The notes under the pieces were generated by a model. That model was not told where the DNA came from, made no database searches, and saw only the letters and a list, made by a program, of their open reading frames with translations. The position numbers and the translations under genes are program-made. From the NCBI RefSeq assembly GCF_006345805.1, contig NW_021833368.1, positions 1 to 28,387 on the forward strand: DNA of 28,387 nt, written 5' to 3'. Source of the DNA: Octopus sinensis. Taxonomy: Eukaryota. Shown here one piece after another: positions 1-9,590 of the stretch (position 1 is its first letter; the number at the start of each line of letters is the position of its first letter).

Positions 1-265
1 GTGTGTATTATGTATGTATGTATGTGTGTAGTATGTAGTATTATGCATGCATATATGTATGCATGCATGTATGTATGTATGTATGTATGTATGTATGTAT
101 TATGTATGTGTGTGTGTATGTATGTATGTATGTATGTATGTATGTATGTATGCATGTATGTATGTATGTATGCATGCATGTATGTATGCATGCATGCATG
201 TATGTATGTATGTTTGTATGTATGTATGTATGTATGTATGTGTGTGTGTGTGTGTGTGTGTGTAT
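1..265. repeat. Compound (TATG)n/(TG)n microsatellite
   Basis: Direct tandem TATG then TG repeats; explains the MYVC-type ORFs. Confidence 0.97.
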
Positions 266-536
266 AAATGATGCTTTAGTTACCTTTAATTTTACTGTTC
301 TTTTTCTTTTCAGTGGAATCCCATGCTTGTCCATAAATATGTAATATGCTTGTAGTGTCCACATATAACGTCTTTTCCTGACTCCCATGAAAGCAAATTG
401 TCATGGGTGTAGGTATTTCCTCAATACATGCATTAGTAAAATGGCAGCCATGTAGTTACAGATGTATTATTTAAAAATGTATGCACGCACGTATGCATAT
501 TTGTATGTATGGAAATACGTATGTGTATATATGCAT

Positions 537-538
<2 letters not shown>

Positions 539-607
<69 letters not shown>

Positions 608-610
608 GTA
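539..610. repeat. (CA)n(TA)n microsatellite
   Basis: Directly visible. Confidence 0.97.
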
Positions 611-1235
611 TAAATAAATACAAAATGGGACAACAAAGCATCCAGATAAACGATACAAAGAAAACAAGGACGGGTCATTCGAAGTTTTCTTTCCTCAGAC
701 GAGTACCAGATTATCATCGCAATTTCGGCAGATTATACTCGAGATTGCTCTAATCTGGCCAGCCCCAAAGAAAAACTAAGCTAAATGCATTAGATTACTT
801 GAAAGAAAGCAGCGAATGTATACAAAAACAAGGACGGAAAAAAACGGACAGTGTTACACAAATACAATAAACATAATAACAGGACATAACAACAGATGTC
901 TTTCGACTAAGGACGAATTAAATAAAGCTGGCGTGTGTGGAAATGAAGCCTTACAGCAGAGATACAAGATTTCACAGACACAGGTAGGAATATCGATGTT
1001 GCACGGACAACGGTCAGACCAAGAAAGAAAGATCACGCTTGACCGAACGCCGGACACGTAGGAAGAGAAGAGAGAGAGGTAGAGGCAGAGGGACACAAGA
1101 ATTAAGGAGGGGCGAGAAAAAAATGAGAGGGATACAGTGAAGTGAAAAGTGGAGGGAAAGTGAGCAAGAAGAGAAAGCAAAGAAATGTGAGAGAGGGGGA
1201 ACGTAAAGTGGAATGAACGAATAAGCATGAAAGAG

Positions 1236-1306
<71 letters not shown>

Positions 1307-1351
1307 GCACGCATCCTTCATTATCTTTTATTTTTCAGTCACTATTATGGG

Positions 1352-1393
<42 letters not shown>

Positions 1394-1446
1394 TACAATA
1401 ATATTATTTTCCATCAAAATAAAGCACCGTAAAGGTAGAATTATAA

Positions 1447-1934
1447 ATAGGAAGTGGTGGTACAACAAGGTACCATTTTTTGCTAGAAATAACAGTTGAT
1501 AACCGTTCGACACCAAGTAAAGCTTCACTGAATGTAGAGAGGCAAAGATGTATGCGGGCGGCGAATATCTTTTATTGTAATAATATTTATATCTTTAGAT
1601 ACAATTCTTTCACTGATCTCGGTTCTGTTTACGGTTGGGGCTATTGACCGAGTATACAAGCATTGATGTGGCGGATATTCTAAATTTTGTCACTTCGGTA
1701 GACCTAGCTGACGAAGACCAGTCAGTTTTACGATAACAAACGTATTCTGAAAAGTTCGAAACTCGAGTACTAGGTTGTCCATTTCTCTGGCGTTCTTCCT
1801 AGGGGAGACGAAAGTTTTTATATTCGCCGCCCGCACACATCTTTGCCTCTATACATTCAGTGGAGATTTACCTAACGTTGAACGGTTATCGACTGCTATT
1901 TCCAGCAAAGGCTGGTACCTGTGTGCCACTCTTT

Positions 1935-1939
<5 letters not shown>
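1447..1939 (+). mobile_element. Non-autonomous inverted-repeat element (~120-bp imperfect arms) with an internal hammerhead ribozyme; probable Penelope-like derivative
   Basis: Arms 1447-1568 and 1820-1939 are reverse complements (best part 1526-1568 vs 1820-1862, 41/43 identical); the element ends in (TA)n; hammerhead at 1701-1776. Confidence 0.7.
1701..1776 (+). ncRNA. Type I hammerhead ribozyme motif, GUA cleavage after 1769
   Basis: Stem I GACCTAG/CTAGGTT, core CTGACGA (1708-1714) plus an extra A, imperfect long stem II (TCAG/CTGA, TACG/CGTA), GAAA (1758-1761), palindromic stem III ACTCGAGT, then A. Confidence 0.8.
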
Positions 1940-1982
<43 letters not shown>

Positions 1983-2196
1983 ATATATATATAATATATA
2001 TTTAAGTAGTTGAATGAATTATCCTAGTATGGATAATTCGGTTAATCGATACCCGGATAGCAAATTTACGTCAGAAAGCACGGTAGAAGCTACATGCCAA
2101 GGGCAGAAATCACGTGCTTTCGTGTGGAAATTTGTGTGTTTTTTTATAGATAAATGAAAGAATGGAGTCGAACGACGATTTAACAAAATTCCTTTA

Positions 2197-2278
2197 TTCT
2201 CGACATATGTTTCGAAGACTGCATATTCTTAATTCCGAAGGAATAAAGGGTGCATTATGCTGTCTTCTCACCAGGAAA
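2197..2278 (-). ncRNA. Hammerhead motif copy with a core mutation (CTGGTGA)
   Basis: Reverse-complement copy of 2380-2461 with an A6G change in the catalytic core. Confidence 0.6.
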
Positions 2279-2379
2279 GACAAGGAACTTATGTCAGCAT
2301 CATGACGAACAAAAACTTTTAGATGATTGCCCACACGGAGTCCATAGTGATAATGAGTGTTTCTCATAAGTTCCTTGTC

Positions 2380-2461
2380 TTTCCTGATGAGAAGACGGCA
2401 TAATGCACCCTTTATTCCTTCAGAATTAAGAATATACAGTCTTCGAAACATATGTCGAGAA
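2380..2461 (+). ncRNA. Type I hammerhead ribozyme motif, GUC cleavage after 2456
   Basis: CTGATGA (2384-2390), perfect 6-bp stem II GAAGAC/GTCTTC, GAAA (2445-2448), palindromic ACATATGT, C; stem I is short (TTTC/GAGA). Confidence 0.75.
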
Positions 2462-2499
2462 TAAATGAATTTTGTTAAATCGTTCGACTCCATTCTTTC

Positions 2500-2540
<41 letters not shown>

Positions 2541-2814
2541 ATGAGACGAGAAAAATAGGTAAGAAAACACGTGTTTGCATGTATGTATATTTGCATGTAA
2601 TGTATGTATGTATATATGTATGTAATGTATGTACGAATGCATGTGTAAAAATAAAATAGCATAAATACAATGAAGGAGATAAAAGATGTACTGAAAGTTT
2701 ACAAGAGGTCGACAAAAATTCCGAACTTGGTGGACAATATGTAAACACGCATACAGATATTAAAATTAAGTTGCGAACTGTGAATTCTACGCTGAAAGGA
2801 GGAAAAAGGAATAG

Positions 2815-2855
2815 AATTAGACTAACGTTTCGGGTGAACCCTTTATCAAAATAGA
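2815..2855 (-). ncRNA. Degenerate minimal hammerhead-like relic
   Basis: Minus strand TTGATAA-A-GGG-TTCA-CCC-GAAA-CGTTAGTC; two core substitutions and a weak stem I. Confidence 0.35.
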
Positions 2856-2897
2856 ATAAAGAAATATGCAAAAGAAACAGAAAAGAAACGATACCTG

Positions 2898-2940
<43 letters not shown>

Positions 2941-3175
2941 TATGTATGTATGTATGTATGTATGTATGTGTATATGTATGTATGTATGTGTGTGTATATA
3001 TATTGTATACATTATGCATGTGTGCATGTATTCATGTATGTTTTTATGTATGTACTTCTGTTTGTACACACACACATACACACGCATGCACGCACACACG
3101 CACACACATACACGTACACACACACATACACGTACACACACACACGCGCACAAAAGACACACATATATATATATG
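2898..3175. repeat. Compound TA/TATG/CA microsatellite block
   Basis: Directly visible; explains several overlapping ORFs. Confidence 0.95.
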
Positions 3176-3422
3176 TGTTTTGCAGATTGAAGATGTGCTT
3201 AACTTTATTGCTTTACTTTATAGTCCATGACTGTTAATTATGTTCCTGAAATATGGAACCAATGGTTGTGAAAAATAGACGTCAGCAAATCTATGTACAC
3301 TCTTAGGGCGAGGAATTGGTGCAGCCATCCCAGCGTTAAAATTCTTTACTGTCAACGTAAACATTAAACACTTTGAAATGGATTTCCGTTCCGCTTGTTT
3401 CTTGATGTATTCATTGCTGTCG

Positions 3423-3423
<1 letters not shown>

Positions 3424-3477
<54 letters not shown>

Positions 3478-3489
3478 CATCATCATCAT

Positions 3490-3554
<65 letters not shown>

Positions 3555-3568
3555 CCACCATCATCATC
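3424..3568. repeat. (TAT)n-(CAT)n trinucleotide microsatellite
   Basis: Directly visible. Confidence 0.97.
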
Positions 3569-3760
3569 AAGCTGGCAGGGTTCTTAGCACGCCGGGCAAT
3601 ATTCGTCCGTCTTCATGTTCTGAGTTCAAATTCCGCAGAGGTCGACTTTGCCTTTCATCCTTTCGGGGTCGATAAATTAAGTATCAGTTGAACAGTAGGG
3701 TCGATGTAATCGACACATCCCCTCCCCCAAAATGGCTGCCCTTGTGGCAAAATTTGAAAC
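3569..3760 (+). mobile_element. tRNA-derived SINE family A (short tail type)
   Basis: B-box-like GAGTTCAAATTCC and body GGTCGACTTTGCCTTTCATCCTTTCGGGGTCGATAAATTAAGTA shared with about 12 other copies in the window. Confidence 0.85.
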
Positions 3761-3784
3761 TACTACTACTACTACTACTACTAC

Positions 3785-3847
<63 letters not shown>

Positions 3848-3848
<1 letters not shown>

Positions 3849-4062
3849 AAGGCGTTGAGCTGGCAGAATCGTTAGCACACCGGGAAGAATGCTTAGCGGC
3901 ATTTCGTCTGTCTTTACGTTTTGAGTTCGAATTCCACCGGCATCGGCTTTGCCTTTCATTCTTTCGAGGTCGATAAATTAAGTACCAGTGAAAACACTGG
4001 GATCGATGTAATCGACTACTTCCCTCCCCCAAATTACAGGCTTTGTGCTTTCAATAGAAAGG
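3848..4062 (+). mobile_element. SINE family A copy
   Basis: Same head and body; (ACT)n tail. Confidence 0.85.
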
Positions 4063-4094
<32 letters not shown>

Positions 4095-4290
4095 GCCGGC
4101 GTGCTGGCACAGAATGCTTAGCTACGTTTCGCCGGCTTTTACGTTCTGAGTTCAAATGTTGAGGAGGTCGACTTTGCCTTTTATCCTTTCAGGATCGATA
4201 AAATAAGTCCCAGTTGAGCACTGGGGTCGATGTAACCGACTTACTCCATCTCCCGAAATTTGTGGCCTTGTGCCAAAATTTTGAAATCGT
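4095..4290 (+). mobile_element. SINE family A copy
   Basis: Same body sequence. Confidence 0.8.
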
Positions 4291-4304
4291 TTTTATAATT
4301 ACTG

Positions 4305-4400
4305 CTAAGGTGGCGAGCTGGTACAAAATGCTTAGTGGTATTTCGTCTTTACGTTCTGAGTTCAAATTTCGCCGTGGTTGACTTTCTCGTTCGTCCTCCC
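4305..4400 (+). mobile_element. SINE family A, 5' fragment
   Basis: AAGGTGGCGAGCTGG head and GAGTTCAAATT box. Confidence 0.7.
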
Positions 4401-4479
4401 CAACTTCAGAACAAAAATAGAAAAAGACAGATCGTTCTTTGTACCTATAATAAAAATGATTATTATTGCTGCAGCTGTT

Positions 4480-4720
4480 TTTGGCTGTTCTTTCTACCGG
4501 TCAGCTTCCATTTGTTTCAGTCATCCGATTGCGGCTATGCTGGGGCACCACTTTGAGGAGTTCCGTCGATCAAATCGACCCTAGTACTTATTCCGTTAAA
4601 GTGCTTGGTACTTATCTATTGGTCTGTTTTGGTAAGTTACGAAGATGTAAACAAACTAATGCCAGTTGAAGAGAGGTAGTGAGCGACAAACCCAAACTTT
4701 GGATACACACGCACTCAAAC
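4480..4720 (-). mobile_element. SINE family B, 3' half
   Basis: Similar to the 10936-11335 tail TGTTTCAGTCAT..GCGGC.ATGCTGG.GCACC. Confidence 0.7.
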
Positions 4721-4837
4721 ACACGAACAACCATATATATATATATATGAGATCTCTAACACCAGCGGCTGTTCGCTTTCACAGAATCAACCAGAGCAAA
4801 CGAGACCGAACGCTCTGAGAAGTAAAACAGTAATAAT

Positions 4838-5030
4838 AATTTCCGTTTTAGTCACAAGGCTTGGAATTTGGGAGGAGGGCTTATTTGATTACATTAACCC
4901 CAGTGCTCAACTGGTATTTATTTTATCAACCTCGAAAAGAGGAAAAGCAAATTCGAACTCGTTATGGCGGACGAAATTCCACCTAGCATTTTTTTACCGC
5001 CGTGTTAACGGTTATGCCACCTCATCACCT
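4838..5030 (-). mobile_element. SINE family A, degenerate
   Basis: Reverse complement of the family A body (CCCCAGTGCTCAACTGGTA..TTTATC). Confidence 0.65.
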
Positions 5031-5034
5031 AAAT

Positions 5035-5115
5035 ATTAATAATAATAATCATAATAATAATAATCATAATAATAATAATATCAGTAACAACAACGACAAC
5101 AGTAGTAGTAGTAGT

Positions 5116-5189
<74 letters not shown>

Positions 5190-5195
5190 CAGCAG
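5035..5195. repeat. Compound (AAT)/(AGT)/(AGC) trinucleotide microsatellite
   Basis: Directly visible. Confidence 0.95.
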
Positions 5196-5750
5196 AAATA
5201 GTGGTATCAACATTCTTTTACTTTCAACATACCTTATTCCTAGATACACAAATCTTGTTTTAAAAAGTTTACAGAGATGCCGAGACGTTCATGCGTATCT
5301 AATATTAAAACAAACATTTTGGATGAGAACGTTATATAATATATTGAAACATATTAAAAGTTGTTGATATAAGTGCAGATGAATTACACAAAGTAAACAA
5401 ATATATACACAAATATAAATATATGAATATGAACGTAAACGAAATAAACGCAACCCGCCCAAACACGTGCAAGAAGCAGCCACCTGGGTTTGATACCGGA
5501 ACCTAATAACCTTCAACACTTGCTTCAACGCATTATGCAAACTTATGCTCAAAAATATTTAATCCAGAAATATTATCTAGAATACACTTTGTCTTATTTT
5601 GTTTAGAGCTGTTTATTTAAATTTTAATTTGTTAATTTTATTTTCTTTTTTTTTTGTTATTGCTTTACGTTCCGGTATTTTTTTTTATTATTACAGTCCC
5701 ATGGTTTAACTCTCCGTTTTCGAAAAACTAAAGTACATCATTTCCCACAT

Positions 5751-5868
5751 GCCCACGGCCTAGTGGTTAAGAGCGCGGGCTACTAACCCCAAGATTCTGA
5801 GTTCGATTCCAGGCAGTGACCTGAAAAAGAAAAAAAACAACAACAACAACAACAGCAACAACAACAAC
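5751..5868 (+). mobile_element. Short tRNA-only SINE (or tRNA pseudogene) with an A-rich/(CAA)n tail
   Basis: A box GGCCTAGTGG, B box GAGTTCGATTCC, anticodon-like loop CTACTAA, poorly paired acceptor stem, simple-repeat tail at 5824-5868. Confidence 0.75.
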
Positions 5869-5875
5869 CCTATAT

Positions 5876-6108
5876 AGGAAAAGGATCCCATCAACTTTAA
5901 ACGGAGTCTGGACAGATTCCTTCAAGGAATACCTGATAAGCCACCCATAATTGGATACAACTCACCCAACAAAAACTCACTAGTTGAATGGACCATAAAC
6001 AAAACTTGACTTAAACAGGATTTAGATAATCCTATCAGGTGGTGCTATTAAGTTAGACATGGCCTGGACCAATCTTTGGTCGAAACATATCTAAGTTTAT
6101 CTAAGTTT
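5876..6108 (+). mobile_element. 3' terminus of the CR1-group LINE (end of ORF2, 3' UTR, terminal repeats)
   Basis: First 76 bp identical to the reverse complement of 6815-6890; frame continues ..KPPIIGYNSPNKNSLVEWTINKT* (TGA 6007-6009); UTR stem-loop GACCAA-TCT-TTGGTC; tail (ATCTAAGTTT)x2. Confidence 0.85.
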
Positions 6109-6115
6109 ACATATA

Positions 6116-6146
<31 letters not shown>

Positions 6147-6400
6147 TGTGTGTGTGTGTGTCTGTGTGTGTACCAAAAACAAAGACATGAGAGGCTAACA
6201 TGTATCAAGGGGGATATAACAGTTTCTTTCCTCCAGCTTAGAAAAGCATATTCAGAGTAGATCCATTCAGTCTCACCAGTTTTGCCACTGTCGACCACTT
6301 TTTGATAAACGCACGAGAAGGCAGCACCTCCTTCTCTACCGTCACCTTTCTCTTCAAATAATAATAATAATAATAATAATAATGATAATAATAATAATAA

Positions 6401-6745
6401 AAGTGAAGGCGCATGGCTTAGTGGTTAGAGCGTAGAGCTTACGATCGTGAGGTTGTGAGTTCGATTCCCAGACCGGGCTGTGTGTTGTGTTCTTGAGTGA
6501 GATACTTTATTTCACGTTGCTCCAGTTAACTCAGCTGTAGAAATGAGTTGTGACGTCACAGGTGCCAAGCTGTATCGGTCCTTGCTTTTCCCTTGAATAA
6601 CATCAGTGGTGTGGAGAGGGGAATTTCGTATGCATCGGCGACTGCTCGCCTTCCACAAACAACCTTGCCCAGACCTGTGCCTCGGAGAGTAACTTTCTAG
6701 GTGCAATCTCATGGTCATTCATGATCGAAGGGGGTCTCCTCCTCC
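6401..6745 (+). mobile_element. tRNA-derived SINE family C (head plus central conserved domain, tail type 1)
   Basis: A box TGGCTTAGTGG, B box GAGTTCGATTCC, central TTCTTGAG..ACTTTATTTCACGTTGCTCCAG..ACTCAGCTG shared with 16684-17002; flanked by (TAA)n. Confidence 0.85.
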
Positions 6746-6763
6746 AATAATAATATAATAATA

Positions 6764-6813
<50 letters not shown>

Positions 6814-6814
6814 C

Positions 6815-8920
6815 ATTATGGGTGGCTTATCAGGTATTCCTTGAAGGAATCTGTCCAGACTCCGTTTAAAGTTGATGGGATCCTTTTCCTCTTTGATCTA
6901 TTTCGGGACAATGTTAAATAGGGCAGGGCCTGTTGAGGAAAAGAAATTATGTTGCAGTGTACATGTATGTTGTGCTCTTGAATTGGGCAGGGGACGTATG
7001 GCCCGTGGTCCCAGTCTTGGATGAACCTTGAAGCTAATGTTCAGGTAGTTTGGGAAAAGTTGGCGGTATATTTTCTACATCGTACAAATGATGTACCGCT
7101 ACGGCGACGCTGGAGAGAGTAGAGTTTCAAGGCTTTAAGGCGATCCCAATAATCGAGAGCAGCCATGCCTTCAATTCGTTTAGTGAGTGCTCTCTGGGGT
7201 GATTCAATCCTCGAGATGTTTTGTCTTGTATGGGGAGACCACAGTGGGCAGCAGTATTCGAGGTGTGGCCGTACAAAGGAGGAGAAAAGTGGTATGATGA
7301 CACCTTGTTCTCTGGACCGGAAAGTTCTTAAGATCCAGGAACTCATCCTACGAGCTATATCGACCTGCTTGTTGATGTGTGCACTCCAACTGAGATCGTC
7401 ATCAACAATTACACCCAGGTCTCTGATATTGTTAGAAGCTGTGAGCGGTTCCCCTGAAGGAAGAGAGTATGGCTGTTTTAGTGAGGAATTTCTTCCAAAA
7501 TGCATCAGCTCAAATTTTCCCTCGTTCAGTTGCATTTTGTTTCTGTCTGCCCATTGACTCAGAGCATATAGATCAGACTGGAGTTGAGTTCGGTCTGCTT
7601 CTTCATTGATGATTTGCTGGAGCTTAGTGTCATCAGCAAATATTTTCACTTTGCAGTAATGTACGACACTAGAAAGGTCGTTTATGTAAATTATAAAGAG
7701 TAGCGGGCTCAAGACAGTCCCCTGGGGGACACCGCTGGTGACATTTGCTGGGCTTGAGTGGACTCTATCAACTACAACATGTTGTGTTCTATTCACCAGG
7801 AAATACTTAATCCAGTGTAGAAGTTTTCCACGGATTCCAACATTTGCCAATTTTGAGAGTAGGATATTATGCTCAACCCTGTCGGACGCTTTACTGAAGT
7901 CAAGATATATGACATCAAAGTTCGAACCTGTTCCCAAGGCTTTGAGTACATCTTCAATGTGGTGTAAGAGCTGTGTTAGACAGTCTCTGCCACAGCGAAA
8001 GCCATGCTGATTTGCATTTAGGAGTTTGTGGGTCTCTAGGAAGTCAGCTATCCTTGATCTTAACACTCTTTCAAACACTTTAATGATGTGGGAGGTGAGT
8101 GAGATTAGGCGATAGTTGACTGCAAGGGATCTGTTTCCCTGTTTGAAAACCGGGATGACCGACTGGGATAGAAACTGTTTCGGTATATAACCCGAGTCTA
8201 ACGAATTTATCCAGAGGTTGGTCAGAGGGACTGCAAGTTGGTGTCTACATTCCTTCAGGAGACTAGCGGGGAATCTATCAGGGCCTACTGCAGAATAGTA
8301 TTTGACCACATTTATTGCTGCTATGATGTCAGAGGCAGTGAAGGTTATGTCTGAGATTTTATGTTGGGAATCAACTTCGTTCGCTTCTCTTGCGTCAATA
8401 TCAGTGAGAACACTAAAGACAGAGCAGTATTGTTTCTGCAGTATTTCTGCCATTTCTTTAGCATCGTGTTGGGGAATGCCGTTATCATCAATCAATGGCC
8501 CAATGGGTGAGACATTGGTTCTAAGCTTATTTGCATATGAATAGAACACTTTTGGGTTCTCTTTGATGTTTTTGATTAACCACTGTTTCTCCACAGTTCT
8601 TTGATTTTCAATGTAGGTTTTCATGTCGGTCTGCAGATGAAGTTTTTCCAACTCTAGCCTTTTCATTGTTGTTGAATGTGGATGTTGTGTGTGGAAATAT
8701 TTTAGTTGGTTGATTTTTTTTGTTGAGTCTTTTGATGCGCCTGATGAGTGTTTTTTTCTTTTTAGGGAGCCGGTTTCTGTTTGTGTTAGTAGATTTCTTG
8801 GGAGCGTGTTTAGAGCATGTATAGGTGACAATGTTCTCAAAGTGCTGCCATGCGGTCTCAATTTGGGTGGAATTGAGAGTAAAAGACCAGTCGATGAAAG
8901 ACAGATCCTTTCTGATTGTA
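6815..8920 (-). mobile_element. 5'-truncated non-LTR retrotransposon (LINE), CR1 group
   Basis: Reverse transcriptase motifs NYRLISLTS, QHGFR, VIYLDFSKA, SGVPQGTVLSPLLFIIYINDL, IFADDTKL and the CR1-type C-terminal VRPHLEYCCPLWSP; no endonuclease domain or ORF1 present. Confidence 0.92.
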
Positions 8921-8933
8921 TGTATATATACAT
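7041..8933 (-). pseudogene. Disabled LINE ORF2 reverse transcriptase
   Basis: 630-aa track ORF whose true frame starts near 8714; +1 frameshift in the 8-T run at 8714-8721 joins the IRKDLSFIDW..KRLNKK frame; a 1-bp deletion near 7100 and two in-frame TAG stops disable the C-terminus. Confidence 0.9.
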
Positions 8934-9012
8934 ACATGCATATGCTTTTGTTGGTGTATGTATTGTTATCCCTATAAGAATGTGGACTTAGGAAAATAAA
9001 CGCAGAAATATG

Positions 9013-9056
<44 letters not shown>

Positions 9057-9057
9057 C

Positions 9058-9386
9058 TAGTAGAAAGGTAAAATTTATTAATCAAATTAATTAATTAATT
9101 AACAAGTTTACCAAGTAGATCGGTACGTTAAAAGACCCTTTATAGGTAAAATTATCCACATAATTATAATTAGGATTCATCTAACTGCTTCACCACATAC
9201 CGAAATTAGAAAAGGGAGTTAGAAATTCCTTTTCTACTACTATAAGAATCTCCATGACGGTAAATATACTTTTTTGCGAAGGCAAAGAGAAAAACAATGA
9301 ATGAACACGACCAGGGTTAATTATATACGCGTTTCGAGATTAAAATAATTTAAGTTGTACTTACTGCTCTCTTCAGCATAATATTT
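9058..9386 (-). mobile_element. Fold-back hammerhead element, copy 1 (one arm plus core; truncated)
   Basis: 9058-9280 matches 9591-9825 directly; core 9280-9386 is the reverse complement of 9825-9930. Confidence 0.8.
9320..9382 (-). ncRNA. Minimal type I hammerhead ribozyme, GUA cleavage
   Basis: Minus strand ATTATG-CTGAAGA-GAG..CTC-GAAA-CGCG-TA-TATAAT; 6-bp stem I; palindrome ACGCGT. Confidence 0.82.
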
Positions 9387-9590
9387 CCAATTTATAAAAT
9401 TTGAAAGTGCTATGACTGAATATGTACACAATCGAGCGTCATCATGTAACATATATGCAACCAACACTTTCAAAATTTACAGAGCCGAATGTGAATATAC
9501 TATTCCACTCTATACCCACGTGTATGCTACGAGCAATACCGCAGAAAACTGCAGTATTCTATCATGGAGTAAATTATAATTTTAAATTAA

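Larger units (their letters stand above)
2150..2505. mobile_element. Fold-back element with ~143-bp arms and a 71-bp spacer, each arm carrying a hammerhead motif
   Basis: 2150-2293 is the near-perfect reverse complement of 2365-2505; flanked by TA-rich/(TA)n sequence. Confidence 0.85.

Noticed and set aside
284-455. Minus-strand open frame (..EKTLYVDTTSILHIYGQAWDSTEKKKNSKIK) ending at an AAG/GTAAC donor
   Set aside because: No good polypyrimidine acceptor and no recognisable homology; length is within chance expectation
2194-3162. 322-aa ORF
   Set aside because: Spans microsatellites and the palindromic element; no protein motif
5751-5823. Functional tRNA gene
   Set aside because: Acceptor stem is poorly paired, the anticodon is atypical, and a SINE-like tail follows immediately
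6058-6098. GACCAA/TTGGTC stem followed by GAAACATAT as a hammerhead
   Set aside because: No CUGANGA box upstream; better explained as the LINE 3' UTR stem-loop
6170-6350. Minus frame KGDGREGGAAFSC.. as an APE endonuclease fragment or exon
   Set aside because: Only a vague resemblance to one motif; not contiguous with the LINE
9056-9060. CTAG end suggesting a Helitron
   Set aside because: Second copy lacks CTRR, there is no subterminal GC hairpin, and the element is better explained by arms plus a ribozyme
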